From Eledone cirrhosa (taxonomy: Eukaryota): 64,000 nt of DNA. The notes under the pieces are model-generated. The model saw only the letters and a list, made by a program, of their open reading frames with translations, searched no databases and was not told the origin of the DNA. Numbering within the stretch: position 1 is the stretch's first letter; each line of letters begins with the position of its first letter. The DNA lies in contig OZ024744.1 of the NCBI GenBank assembly GCA_964016885.1, positions 39,370,001-39,434,000 on the forward strand. Direction: 5' to 3'. The translations under genes and the position numbers were made by a program. Below are positions 1-13,110 of this stretch, piece by piece.

Positions 1-759
1 GCTTTTCTATTAGTGCTTTAAAAAACTTTGTGTAAATCACTCTAATATTTATACTAAATGTTTTATGGCCTGTTGTGTGTATATATATGTTGGCATGTGT
101 GTTTATGCATAAGAATGTTATTCTGTAAGTAACTATGTATGTTTATTAAAAGTATTATAATCTAGTATGTGCGTGTATATATTGGCATTTGTATTGGTGT
201 GTAAAAAAATAGCTCCTATAAGTTAACAATAAATATTTATATTAAAATCATTATGATCCTTTGTGTATGTTTGTGTGGTGTGTGTATGTGTATGTTGTGT
301 GGTGTGTGTATGTATGTGTGGGTGTTTAAAATAATGTGGCTCATTGTGTGTGTGTGTGTGTTGGCATAAGATACATTGTGTAAATAACAATATATTAAAA
401 GTATTGTTGAATAATTTTTGTAAATATTTCATTTATTTAAATTACTTTTTCAATATGACCAGCTATATTAATAGTTCTCCAGGAATAAACATTCTGATCC
501 AAGGCATGTGTGCGTGTGTTGGTATTTGTGTAGGTGTCACAAAATGCATTTTATAAGTTCCTGTATATCATCATAATCAAATGGATGTTAAATGATGGAC
601 TACAATGGAGGGCTGTGGCTTCAAATAAAATAAGGCTTGGGCTTCGTAAATTATGGAGAAGACAGCCCATTGAGGAGGGCTGTAGCTCCAAATAAAATAA
701 GACTGCATGGGGTAGATGTGAACTCTGTAATCTGAAATGTAGGCAACCCATCTTGGAGA

Positions 760-3260
760 GCAGTCACTCTAAATAAAATCTGATACAGGGTTGAGAGGAC
801 CTTTTAGTCTGGTAAGCCTCTTTAGTGATGGTGGCTTGAATGCACCCAATCCTTGCTGTAAAATGGTTGGTGATAGGAAGGGCATTCAGCCAGTAAAACT
901 TTGTCAAAACTATGCAAAGTACAACACATAAATCTCTCACTAATTATGTGTACAGGACTAACAGTAATCATGTAAGTGCTGTCCACATGATGTGGGGTGG
1001 CTAACTTAGCCATATGTGGGAACCTCTTGACCCTCATCAAGCAATTGTGCACTCTTATATTCCCTTTGAAGTACAAAGAACTACAAAAGGAACTAATCAC
1101 CATTACCAGGTAACTCATCTCAGAGCTGCTACACTCAATGTGATCACACTGAAAAGTAGATCAGGTAAAACTGTTGAGTTGCTTGAGCGGCAATGAGTGG
1201 GAGTTTTCTGTGTTGAAGGAGTGAGATGGAGAGGTGGTTTTGCATGACTTCTCACAGGCAAGCAGTGTAGATTCAAGCTCTTCTGGGTAGGTAATGATGA
1301 TGGGGTAGGTGGAGTAGGTAATCCACTAGCTGAGAAGTGGGTAGATCAGGTAATCAAAATAGAGTAAGTGGTCAAAGTGGTAAATTAGTCAAAGGCAATA
1401 GAACAACAACCATTATCTCTAGCTATGTACCACAAACAGACTAAATAAGGAACAAAAGGACTGCTTTTATGAACAACTTTTATAGACAACCTCAGTTACT
1501 GATGACAAAGACCTTATCATCCTAGCAGATGACTTCATATGACATGTTAGACAACACAGGAATGGCTACACTAGTGGCTATGGCTCAAGTAATGAAGAGG
1601 GAATGAGGCTCCTGGAATTCTGTAATACAAATGAACTAACCACTCGTAACACTAACTTCAAGAAACTGGTCAGCCACGTGGTCACCTACCAATCAGGTGA
1701 ACACAAAAGCCAGATTGACTTCTTACTTGTTAGAAAATTAGATAGACAGATTGTTAGAAACATTAAATCCTTCCCCAGAGAAGAAAGAACTGCCCAACAT
1801 AAGTTAGTTATTAGTGACATCAGAATAAGTACAAGACAGAAGAGATGCTGGAAAACCTGGAGGAAGAGAGTTTGGAAGCTAAAGGTTCTTCCTGTTAATT
1901 ATAGGTTCAGAAAAGCTTTACTTGAGGCATATGATAAAGAAGATGAGTTCGACACATATGACATAGAGGACAATTGGAAGTTCCCACATGACAACCTATA
2001 ACAGACTATTGAAGAGACTTTCAGCCAGACAGGGGATGACCTGGTGGTGGATCAGTACAGTAGATATAGCCATTAAAGCTAAGAGACAGGGCATGGAAAG
2101 ACTGGAAAAATGGGGCAGCAGAGACTGGTATTAGGTTGCTAAAAGAGAGGCTAGGCAACAGGTATACATAGTATGAAAAGAGACTGAAAGAAGATGTGCC
2201 ACTATCTTGCAACATGAAGATCAGAGGTGTGAAGTGTTCCACATTGCAAGGCAGTATGTCTGTATAAATCAAGATATTGTTGGGTAAGTGTTTGAAATGA
2301 CACTGGTGCACTTAGCATCACTGATATTCAAAAGAAAGAGACCTAGAAATGCCACTATGAGAGTTTAATGAATGTGGAGAATGAATAAGGGAAAGGGAGA
2401 TTAACCACAACTGACACAACAGAAGGACCAACTATTGAAATTGACAGCTATAGGGTCAAAGAAGCAATCAAGGAGATGGAAAACATCTTAGGTAGTTACT
2501 GAGGTGCTGAAAGCATCTGGGAAAGAGGAGTTGAACTAATCACCAACATAGTCAATCAGATAATACAGGTTGGGGACATACCCAGTGACTGGTGTAGCAG
2601 CATAATCATTAATTGCTACAAGGGTAAAGGTGATGTTCTAGGAGCAATTACTGAAGAATAAAACTAATGGATGAAAATATGAAAGCAACAGAAAGAGTTC
2701 TAGCACAACTAATTTTTTTTTTTTTTTAAACACTTTAGTCTTTATTGTGTTGTATCAGATGAAAGAAGGGAGAGGGTCAAACTAGAAGAAATGCAATTTG
2801 GTTTTATGCCAAGGAGGAGCACCACAGATGCCCTCTTTTAGTAATACAACTACAAGAGAAGTTCTTAGCCAAGAGTAAGCCTCTATATCTGGTGGTCATC
2901 TGGTGGTCCTCAAGGAAACTAGGTGTAGAAGAATGGTCTGTAAGAGCAACGCAAGCCATGTACAGAGGAGCTGTAAAGTGAGACTAGGAAATGAGTTTAG
3001 TGAGGAATTCAAGGTATGAGTTCATTTATTAGCCCACTTCTGTTTATCTTAGTCTTCCAGACCAAAACAGAGGGGTTTAAGACTGGTTGCTCATGGAAAC
3101 TCCTGCATGCCGAATCTGTGGAAGAACTAGAGAAAATATTCCAGCTGTGGAAACAAAAACTTTGAATCAAAAGGACTGACAGGAAAATTAGCACCAAAAT
3201 GTTAATAAGAAGGAAAGAAGATAGGGCACCAATCTTACCAGGGAAGTAGGCTTGCTCAAT
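760..3260 (+). mobile_element. Old, decayed RTE-clade LINE (putative 5' UTR, APE, RT; 3' end missing)
   Basis: Broken frames give ATLNVITLKSRSG, RLLEFCNTNEL..NTNFKK..SQIDFLLVR and FKTGCSW. The GGTTGGTG..AGGAAGGGCAT motif lies upstream of the ORF (~865-895). Confidence 0.85.
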
Positions 3261-4578
3261 ATGGAATGTTCTTCCACAGATTCAGCTATGAGGACCAGAT
3301 CATCGGCATGCAGGAGTTCCCATGAGCAACCAGTCTTAAACCCCTCTGTTATGGTCTGGAGGACTAGGATAAAATATACAGTGACTGATCAGCCTGATTT
3401 GAATATTAGCAAACTGCCTCATCAATCAGATCTGCATATTGACAGACCTACTGATCAGCCAGACTTGCATATCAGCAAATAGGCCAGTCAGTTTCATGTA
3501 TACAAGCGATTAATAGCTGGCTTTGTGATAAACTATTTGTATACATACACACACACACATATATACATATACATATGTACACATGGGTTGTAGGCTGTTA
3601 CTATTCATGTTTGCTGTTCAGGCTAGATCTCTCTTCTATTTTGTATATGACCTCTGTAATTTGTCTAAGAGTTGAGGGGGCTTACAGAATGTGTGACAAA
3701 AGAAGTTTGATGAACTTTGGATGCTGGCACACTTCTTAATATAAATCGAAGATTATAGGTAAAAAGTAAAAAGTAAAAAGTACAAGGTTATATTTGAAGA
3801 TTTCTTTTTTTTTAATCCGACAGAATAAATATTTTAATAATAGTTACATTAAATGGATTTAGATTTTGTTAAATATTACCTGTTTGGATTGGTAAGTCAA
3901 TCTCATCAAATATAAAAAATATTTGTTCTCACATTTATAAATTTTCTGTCAAAATTTCTTCATATATATACCCTCCCCTCCTCTCAAGTGTGAAACTAAA
4001 AACCATATCATTTGTACTGCCTCTCTCTTTTTTGTTCTCTGTTCATTTATTAAACTATATATATATATATCACAGAAAAAAGAGAATCAGTGTTGCAACG
4101 AAAGGAATTTATTGGACATATTACAAATGTCACGGGTGACCAGCTCGAGGCACGATCGATGTCATGATCACACCTGACTCTGAAATCAACATGGTTGTCA
4201 GATACGACTCGATTTTATTAAGCAGATTTTCCTATAGTCCTTTAACATCAAATTCTTTCATTTGTTGATTTAGATCCTGTTGTTGTCATTCCATGAGTGG
4301 TCAATAATTGTGCCCGTCATCGGTATTTCTAGCCACTCATTGTTGCCCACTTCTTTCTTCCTCTCGTTCTCCACCTGTCAATCCAAATTACTTCATGTAT
4401 CAGAATTACTACTGTGGTGGGAAAGGGGCTGTAATCTTGAACAGCTGACATCACTTCGACGTCTTCATTGACCCTAGGCGCCTTAGTCTACGTCGGTCAG
4501 GTACACACCCGCAATTATGCTGTATGCGGCATTCATCATAAATAATGTTTTACGGGAATTTAAAAAAAAAAAATCATG

Positions 4579-5159
4579 TGTATATTTAGCATAACATTTG
4601 TAGGACACAGCCTTAGGATACACTCCGCCATACATATTTAGCGTACCATTAGTAGGACACGGCCTTAGGATACACTCCGCCATACATATTTAGCATACCA
4701 TTAGTAGGACACGGCCTTAGGATACACTCCGCCATACATATTTAGCGTACCATTAGTAGGACACGGCCTTAGGATACACTCCGCCATACATATTTAGCAT
4801 AACATTTGTAGGACACAGCCTTAGGATACACTCCGCCATACATATTTAGCATAACATTTGTAGGACACAGCCTTAGGATACCCCTCACCATACATATTTA
4901 GCATAACATTTGTAGGACACAGCCTTAGGATACACTCCGCCATACATATTTAGCATAACATTTGTAGGACACAGCCTTAGGATACACTCCGCCATACATA
5001 TTTAGCATAACATTTGTAGGACACAGCCTTAGGATACCCTCCTCCATACATATTTAGCATAACATTTGTAGGACACGGCCTTAGGATACACTCCGCCATA
5101 CATATTTAGCGTAACATTAGTAGGACACGGCCTTAGGATACACTCCGCCATACATATTT
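4579..5159. repeat. 52-bp minisatellite, about 11 copies, two interspersed variants
   Basis: Unit tatttagcataacatttgtaggacacagccttaggatacactccgccataca, with a variant gcgtaccattagtaggacacggcc. Confidence 0.95.
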
Positions 5160-6758
5160 CAAAAAGAAAAGGAAATAGGGAAAGAAAGAACTTGTAGCAA
5201 GAACGTTTTTTAAAAAACTTTTTTAAAAGGAAGATTTCAACAGCCATTCAAACGGAGAGCTATATCAAAGATGTTTTCAACAAATAGACCCAATTCTACA
5301 CTCACACACTGGACTCAGGGGAGGGTGCGTAGCCAAGATGCTGCACACATATATAGGCAGATGGGAAAAGAAAGCTCCACGGAAAGTAATCCATACCCCC
5401 ACGTACACATGCTCAGACAAATACATCGTACCATGCATGCACACACCCGTGCTCATGCATGTCTGTGTGGGCACGCATACATACCGCGTGCTCAACACCG
5501 GATGCATATACTTGATGAGTGCCCCCATCCCCCCACACGCCGCTGCGCAGATGGTGCGCACAGTATTGTATGAGACAACGCATTTGAGGCTTTGACCCAA
5601 CCTGGTCACGTGGCGGTGTGAGTCCGAGGGTGTCTGCACAATATCCCTGCACTAATTGCATATAGCGTGGGTGGCCCATATATTTAAAAAAACCTGTATG
5701 CACAGAACATAAAATAATGAAATAATATACAATAATAAAATACAATAAAGTAAAATGCTGGAAAAAGAGAATGCATACATGGCAAGGATTTAGAGGGGGG
5801 GGGGGGACCAGGCATTATCGAGGTGTGCTTAAAGTTTCATACAGTACTTGTGGGCTGTGGTGCAAATGTTTATATGATATACATGTGGGCTGTTGGGCTA
5901 AGGCACTGGGTAGGAGCCTGCGCATGATGCAGGTCACGTTGCTTGTGGATAGGTGTGGGCCATGCGTGCACAAAGAAGTTATATATATATATGTTCTTTA
6001 TGAAGATGTGTGGTAATGGCTGGTGATTCAATTGAGTCACTAGTAAATCCCTTTGCTTTAAATAGGAAATTCATTTTCTATCCATAATGATAAGCAAACC
6101 TATACATGTGCAAACACACACACATACACACACATGCGCGATAAAAGGAAAAATCATAACTCCAATGTGAATTTCATATATCTAATGATATACAGTAGGT
6201 TTATGAATAAGATGCAAGCACCATCCAGTGGATTAGTGGGGGACAACTGTAAAGTTCCAGCAGAGAGTAGGGGAAGTACTGTCCCGATGACAGCCATGGC
6301 CAGAAATGTACATCAACAGTTGTCACCACTAGATGGCACTACCTGTTAATATTAATAGCTAGAAAGCTTTCCAAATGTTCATTTATTAAACATACCGTAT
6401 ATCATTAGTTATACTTGTATGCATATAGCCATGTCAGAGCTAAAATTTTAATGTGCATGTATGCATGCACATATGCAAGCTTGTATGCATGCAAAAAGTA
6501 AAGAGAGACAACAAAGCAGACAACTCAGTACAATTAAAAAATCTATTAGATTATCACTTGATATAGTAGGAAAGGAGTTTTTACGTTTCAGACATTAGTC
6601 CTTCATAAGAAGATAGAGGGGGGGGGGGGGGAAGATGAAATAGAGAGTGAGTGAGAAGAGAAAGGAATGGAAAAATGTCTTTTGAGAAAAAGAATGAGTG
6701 TGCAATCAGACATTTTGGGGAAATGTCCTTTGTATATATTTGTAATTATATATATATA

Positions 6759-7500
6759 CAGGGTGTGGACGATATCTGTTCGCAAGATTACTGTCTAGGA
6801 AAAAATAACACAGCAGTTTTATTTTTTAAGATTTATTTATCAAACTTGGGTCAGTTTGTCTTCATGACTTGTTCTTTCGATCTCACTCGATAAATCTGCC
6901 ATTGGCTTTGATAACGGCCTCAAGGCGGCCTCGGAACTGGCTACAGGCCTTCGTCACTGTCCCCCGACTTAGGCCCCTAAAGGCACTTGTGATCCTGGCC
7001 TTCAGATTGTCTTTCGTATTGCAACTAGATCTGTTGGTGTCTCGTTCCACTGCGCCCCACACAAAGAAGTCAAGGGGGTTGCAGTCAGGCGAGATGTCAG
7101 GTGAAGTGTGGTCGACGAAGCCAGGCTTGGGTCTTTCGGCTGGTATGGCAAGGCGCTGAGTCTTGCTGCCACACGTACGGCCTACCTGCAGCTACCTGGT
7201 TGATCCAGGGCTTTACTACCTCGCTCAGAACGCGGATGTAGCCATCGGTGTTCAGCTTGAGGCCCTCAGGGAAGAAGTGAGGTGGCATGACGTCACCTTG
7301 ACTGCTGACGACACCTAAGACCAATGTTGTTGCTGGAAACTTTGTCTGCATGACTCTGGGCATGTCTTTGGATGAGACAGCGAGCCACCTGTTGTTCTAG
7401 GAGTTGATATTCTGGTCTTAATTGTCCTCCCGGCACGGATTCCAAGAAGAACTCCATGTTTCTTCCACAAATTTGGAGGTTCAAAATTATTCATAATCAA
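6759..7500 (-). mobile_element. Tc1/mariner-superfamily DD37D (maT/Bmmar1-like) transposon, internally deleted
   Basis: TA + CAGGGTG terminus at 6759. Minus-strand peptides TKFPA..VLGVVSS.GDVMPPHFF..GLKLNT..VVKPWI..YVWQQDSAPCH and PDCNPLDFFVWG. The other TIR was not found. Confidence 0.85.
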
Positions 7501-7806
7501 TTATTCTGAAACTATGAACTCTTTCTAATGAAGTGCAATATTGTATGTAATGCTTGCGATTAAGCATAAAAATATGCAATTAGCGCTCATAGACTGATAT
7601 TGTATTGAAACATATGTTAAAAAAGGACTCTAAATAAATGTTTCTCCTCTAACCTCTAGTTCTTGCCTAGTCGTTTGTTTTTCCTAGTACTATACCTTTA
7701 AATATATATATATATATATACGATATTAAACAAATGGAAACTATATTTATAAAACCATATTTATTTCATTATACATATTTGAGCGCTTTATATTATAACT
7801 GAAAAA

Positions 7807-10029
7807 ATGGAATTCTTTAAGATATCTTCTTCTCTAAAAGACATACCTCTACCTAGGAACAAAGACTTTATTAAACAATTAATAGAAAAATCAGACTCTT
7901 TTATAAGAAGAATCAGGTGACGTGCCTTCCACTTTGATAAATCTAATCTAAATGAAAATGTTTCAGATTTGGATAAAATTTTCAAATCTAAAAAAAATCC
8001 ACCCCCCCAACAAACTATTAATGGATTTTGAAAACGATATAATTTCTATCATCCAAGGAATCAAATTCAAGAGAAACTTCAAAGGCCAGGACTATCTAAG
8101 ATGCATTAAGGATAATATTGAAGGCTTGGAAAAAACAGAGAAGATCTTAGTGAAATCGGACAAAACCAATAACCTTTATGGAGTACAAAAGGACATGTAT
8201 ACCGGCCTTATATTGACAGAACTAAGGAAAAAGTACAAGGTAGCAAGTAAGGACGAACTGGAAAAAATGAATACAGAGGCATCTTGTATAATGCATGAAT
8301 TAGACATTGAGAATAAAACACAACCCTTCATGCCTAGGAAACCCAAGATCAATATGAAAGATCACAAAAGAAATTTTGAAAATGATTTGCCAGTCAGATT
8401 GATTGCACCATCAAAATCTGACCTGGGAAAACTTAGCAAAAACATTCTAGACAGGGTAATACAGCAAATTAAAAACTTACATAATTTACCTTACTTAAAG
8501 TTATGGAAGGGGACTGGTGAGGTTATTGAGTGGTTTAAAGAAATTAAATATAACTATAATAATAAGTTTATTCAACTTGATATTGCTAACTACTATTCAT
8601 CTATCACTCCTAATCTACTGAATAAGGCACTAAATTACGCATTTAAACATACAGACCTAACTAGCAATGAAATGCACATTATATTATCGGCAAGGAAAAC
8701 ATTGATAGAATTTAATAACCAACTATGGACTAGGGCAGATAGAGATAATAATTTTGACATAACTATGGGATCATCTGACTCAGCTCAGGTAACGGACCTT
8801 GTGGGCCTATTTATAATTAATTCTCTGCATAGAAAAATACCAGGTGTAACCGGAGGATTATATCGTGATGACATGCTTTTACTTATTGAAAATAATAACT
8901 GTGAACTAAATAGAAAAAGAAAACAAATTATACAATTTTTTAATTGCCTTAATCTAAAAATAGAAATAGAGAATAACCATAGAATAGTCAATTTCCTGGA
9001 TGTAACACTAAATCTCAACACATGTCTTCACTATCCATTTCACAAACTAAATGAGAACTTGAATTATGTCAATTTTAACTCTAATCACCCCAGATCTGTT
9101 AAAAATACTATAGTGAACTCTGTTCAAGAACGAATTTCAAGAATTTCATCTAATAAAAATATTTTTGATGAAAAAGCGCAGTATTACAATGAAGCGTTAG
9201 CTAGAGCAGGATATAGTGATAAAATTAAGTACATCGATAATAATAAGCAAACTAACCAAAATAATAACAATTTTAATTACGGTAACAACATTAACAACTA
9301 TAATAGAAAACATTACAATAATTCCAAAAGCCGAAAAAGAAATAGAACTAGAAATATAATATGGTTTGCCCCCCCCCCCCTTTTTCACTAAATATTAAAA
9401 CCCATATTGCTAAACTATTCTTTAATGCTCTTGACAAACGCTTCCCTAGAACACATAAATATCACTCAATTTTTAATAGACATACTATAAAATTAACTTA
9501 CTCGTCCACCAAAAATTTAGCACAAAATATTAACAGAATTAATAATAGGAATTTAAAACCTAACCAAAATACCAATAATAACTCAAACAATATTCAATTA
9601 AATAACTGTAACTGTAGAAATAAATCTAACTGTCCGTTAAATAACAATTGCTTAGTTAAAAATGTAGTATACATTTGTAATGTTAAAACTAACTTAGATT
9701 CTTTCAACTATGTTGGTTCCACCTCGACAGAATTTAAACTTCGCTTCAATAATCATAAGAATTCTTTCACAGATCCAAACAAAAAATCCTCAACTTCGCT
9801 ATCAAGCCTACTCTGGCAACTTAAACGAGATAATGTTAAGTATTCGATGTTTTGGAATATTGTCTCAAAGGGAATTCCCTTTAATTCCTCATCAGAGACA
9901 TGTGATCTCTGTGTGGAGGAGGTATTCTTTATATTAAAGTCCAAAAATTCCCTCAATTTAAGGAACAATTTATTCAGTTGCTGCAGACATAGATTGAACT
10001 CAACGTTTAAATATAAATATAAATTGTAG
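7807..10029 (+). pseudogene. PLE polyprotein (RT + Zn-finger/GIY-YIG endonuclease), disrupted by one stop and two homopolymer frameshifts
   Basis: ATG 7807: SLKDIPLP..FIRRIR*RAFHF (TGA at 7918, a Trp position). Frameshifts in C-runs at ~8002 and ~9369. RT motifs QLDIANYYSSI, MGSSDSA, LYRDD, FLDV. Endonuclease CNC..CP..C..VVY..YVG..CDLC..CRH. Confidence 0.9.
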
Positions 10030-11099
10030 TATAATTAATTAAGAAATTTAGTTAATATATGAAACCTGACGATAAATCATTTGATTCCTTCACCTTTTTC
10101 TTTTTAAACCTTCTTCCTAAATATAAACAAAGATGTAATAAACTACTCTAAAATGTATATGCTCCCAATGTATTAAATACATTTTACGCAAGATAAATTT
10201 CTATACTAAATATAAAGGCATCCGTAGAATCACTGGGTCTTCTAAATCTTTTAAATAATTTTTGTTAAATAATTTTTGGTTTTTATTTGTTATTTGACTC
10301 TGATAGCTTATAACTAACTTTGCAATATATTGTTTGAAATATGGGAAGGGTACATTTCTGTAGTAAATATATGAAGCATATTGTTTTGGGCCTGAGATAC
10401 TCTATAATGTGTTGAAAGTATTTTAATGTTTTGATGTTTCTGTGCTGATATATTGATATTTGATTATCTCTATACAAAGGCCATATGTGTATTAACATGC
10501 ATATAGAAGGTTTATAGAGTTTATTTTATGTGTTCATGTCTCTATATATGTGCGTAAAGATGCTGGAAAGCTCACGCAGATTTTATATATACATATATAT
10601 ATATATAAGTATGGTTCTGTATATGTTACAGATATGCATAATATTAAATACATGAACGGTAATCATATATGTGAGGACATATTAATCGTATATTTCATGT
10701 ATATATACAGTGAAATTTTTATAACACAAGAAATTTTTTGTATGACACGAAAAATTATAAAGTTGATCAGGTGAAGTCATGTGTATGTCTATATTATTGA
10801 CTAGAGTTAGACATAATTTTCTCTTTTTTCTTTTTTCAGAAAGTACATATACGTGTATATATATATACATATATATTTCCGTATTTTTATAAATAGGGTA
10901 ATTTTTTGAAGGTTTTATCTCAGATTTTGGTATATTGACCTCAGAGTTTTAAACTAAACATATGGTCATTATTGAACAATGTTATTTTCTCATATTATAT
11001 ATCTATGTCTCATTCATGAATATTGATATTTGCATTCTTATTATCCATTTCATATGAATTGATAATTCAAATTGATATGACATGACGTAAAGATGTAAC

Positions 11100-11582
11100 T
11101 GTATCCTTCTCTCTCTATATAGCACTTTCTCCTCTCTCTTGAGTTTGTTTTTGTGTATGATGAATTATTATGTATCTATCGCTTTCGTTTGCCTCCTATT
11201 TCTCTCTTGTTTCTCTTTCACTTCCTCCTATATATTTATATTTTCTCTCTCTCTTCCTTTCCTCCCCCTCTCTCCGTTTTTTCTTTATCTCCAGTTTTTT
11301 CTTTCTCTCCGTCTTTTTTCTAACTGTGCTTAACACTATAACTAAATAATTATTATCCTTCTCTCTCTATATAGTACTCCCTCTCTCTTGAGTTTTTCTA
11401 TATGTATGGTGAATTATTATTTATCTGTTGCTTTCGTTTGCCTCTCTTATTTCTTCCTTGTTTCTTTTTCACCTCCTCCTTTCTTTCTCTCCCCTCTATT
11501 TCTCTGTTTTTTCTTTACCTCCGTTTCTTCTTTCTCTCCGTCTTTTTTCTAACTGTGCTTAACACTATAACTAAATAATTAT
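11100..11582 (+). repeat. Tandem duplication (~240 bp x2, CT-rich) in the PLE 3' UTR
   Basis: tatccttctctctct...ctaactgtgcttaacactataactaaataatt occurs twice in tandem. Confidence 0.85.
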
Positions 11583-11671
11583 AAACAAATCACTACCCAG
11601 ACAGCTTCCTAATTTAATGGTCGCTTATAATATGGTACGTCAAAATTATTTATAAAACTGTTTATATATTG

Positions 11672-11737
11672 TATTTTATCTGACGAAGGCATGCCATATT
11701 TTTAATATGGTATCCCTGAAATATGTATAATGAAATA
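11672..11737 (+). ncRNA. Hammerhead ribozyme (minimal type I, PLE-associated)
   Basis: Stem I tattttat/atgaaata; core CTGACGA; long stem II agg..gccatatt-ttt-aatatggt..cct; GAAA; short near-palindromic stem III tatgta; predicted AUA cleavage site at 11729. Confidence 0.85.
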
Positions 11738-11865
11738 AATATGGTTTTATAAATATAGTTTCCATTTGTTTAATATCGTATATATACTCCAAAAACTTGT
11801 CGAGTGCTTTATATCAGTTATAAAATATTTATTTGTTATAACCCAATAATTTTAAATAAAACCTT

Positions 11866-11911
<46 letters not shown>

Positions 11912-11963
11912 TTATATTTAATTTGTTTAACCTATATTATATGAATTTGTTTAACCTATATTA

Positions 11964-12029
11964 TATTTTATCTGATGAAAGCGCACCATAGTTTGCCTTG
12001 GTGGCCCTTGAAATATGTATAATGAAATA
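11964..12029 (+). ncRNA. Second hammerhead (solo pLTR fragment of a sister PLE subfamily)
   Basis: Same stems I and III, core CTGATGA...GAAA, but a different stem II (aagcgcacca...tggtggccctt). Confidence 0.75.
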
Positions 12030-12069
12030 AATATGGTTTTATAAATATAGTTTCCATTTGTTAATATAT

Positions 12070-12148
<79 letters not shown>

Positions 12149-12434
12149 GAGGTGTATATGAAAACATATATTATAAGATACATTTATATATAATAAACAT
12201 ATGGGAAGCCATGCTGTCAAAGAAACATATTTTTTTAGTATGGTGCATATATCATCCAAACAACTAAAAGCGTAGATGTATTTGATGAGCTTACATACCC
12301 ACTCACTCTTAGTATTATTCTGAAATAGATGTACTAATTTGCATATAATTAGCACTTGTGTTGGTAATGGCCATGTTCGATATGTAGGAAAGGAGTTGGT
12401 ATAAATTCCATAAAATGTACACAATGCAGATTTT

Positions 12435-13110
12435 GGGTACACAAGAGATGTAGTGGGATAGCAGGCAAACTAACAGGTAGGGAAAACTACGTATGCAGTA
12501 GATGTACAGGGAAAGTTGGCTGTAGTAATCGCAGTGATAGACACATTTTTCTAATGCAGGTGGGTTCTATAGAAGTGGTGGATAGCTTCCGGTACCTAGG
12601 TGATCAGATTAACAGGGGAGGAGGTGTTCCGAGGCCATAGTATCTAGAATAAGGATGGGTTGGAAAAAAGTTTAGGGAGTTGCTTCCTTTGTTGACAAAG
12701 AAGGGTTTCTCCCTGTGTACGAAAGGACAGTTATATGATGCCTGTGTGAGATGCGCGATGCTGCATGGTAGTGAGACATGGGCAGCAACTGCGACAGCTG
12801 GAGAGAAATGAAGAAAGTATGCGCCATTGGATGTGCAATGTCAATGTGCGTGAACGACCAAGCATAGACAAGTTGAGAAAGAAACTGGGTATAAGAGGGA
12901 TAAGTTATGGTGTGCAGGAGAGAAGGCTGAGATGGTATGGACATGTGATGCGCATGGAGGATGACCGCTGGGTAAAGAAGTGCCAAGAAATTCCAGTTCT
13001 GTATGAGCAAGACATGGCCACCTGATCTGACTTGTCTCACAACAGGACAACTTGTCTAAGGCATGCTAGTGTGGAAAAATGGTTTTTAAATGGTGATGTT
13101 GATCATGTTT
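12435..13110 (+). mobile_element. Decayed 5'-truncated RTE: family-D-like body joined to an A-type 3' end
   Basis: [46 protein letters not shown], followed by cagttctgtatgagcaagacatgg..acaacaggacaac..gatg tail. Confidence 0.85.

Larger units (their letters stand above)
7705..11868 (+). mobile_element. Penelope-like element (Naiad type), near full length, with inverted partial pLTR at the 5' end, inserted in (TA)n
   Basis: RT plus C-terminal GIY-YIG ORF. Segment ~7715-7780 is the reverse complement of ~11720-11787. Hammerhead in the 3' region; (TA)n on both flanks. Confidence 0.9.

Noticed and set aside
600-785. Three ~75-bp degenerate repeats (ggagggctgt..aaataaaataag); also ~30-bp repeats at 3385-3480
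   Set aside because: Too short and decayed to assign; probably TE leader or slippage repeats.
4579-5159. CRISPR-like array (also 14509-14796)
   Set aside because: Whole units repeat with no unique spacers, the context is eukaryotic, and there are no cas genes.
7918-7920. In-frame TGA as selenocysteine (some Naiad PLEs encode selenoproteins)
   Set aside because: It falls at the conserved Trp of the RxRW(K/R)A motif, the Zn-finger cysteines use normal codons, and I identified no SECIS. A TGG>TGA mutation is simpler.
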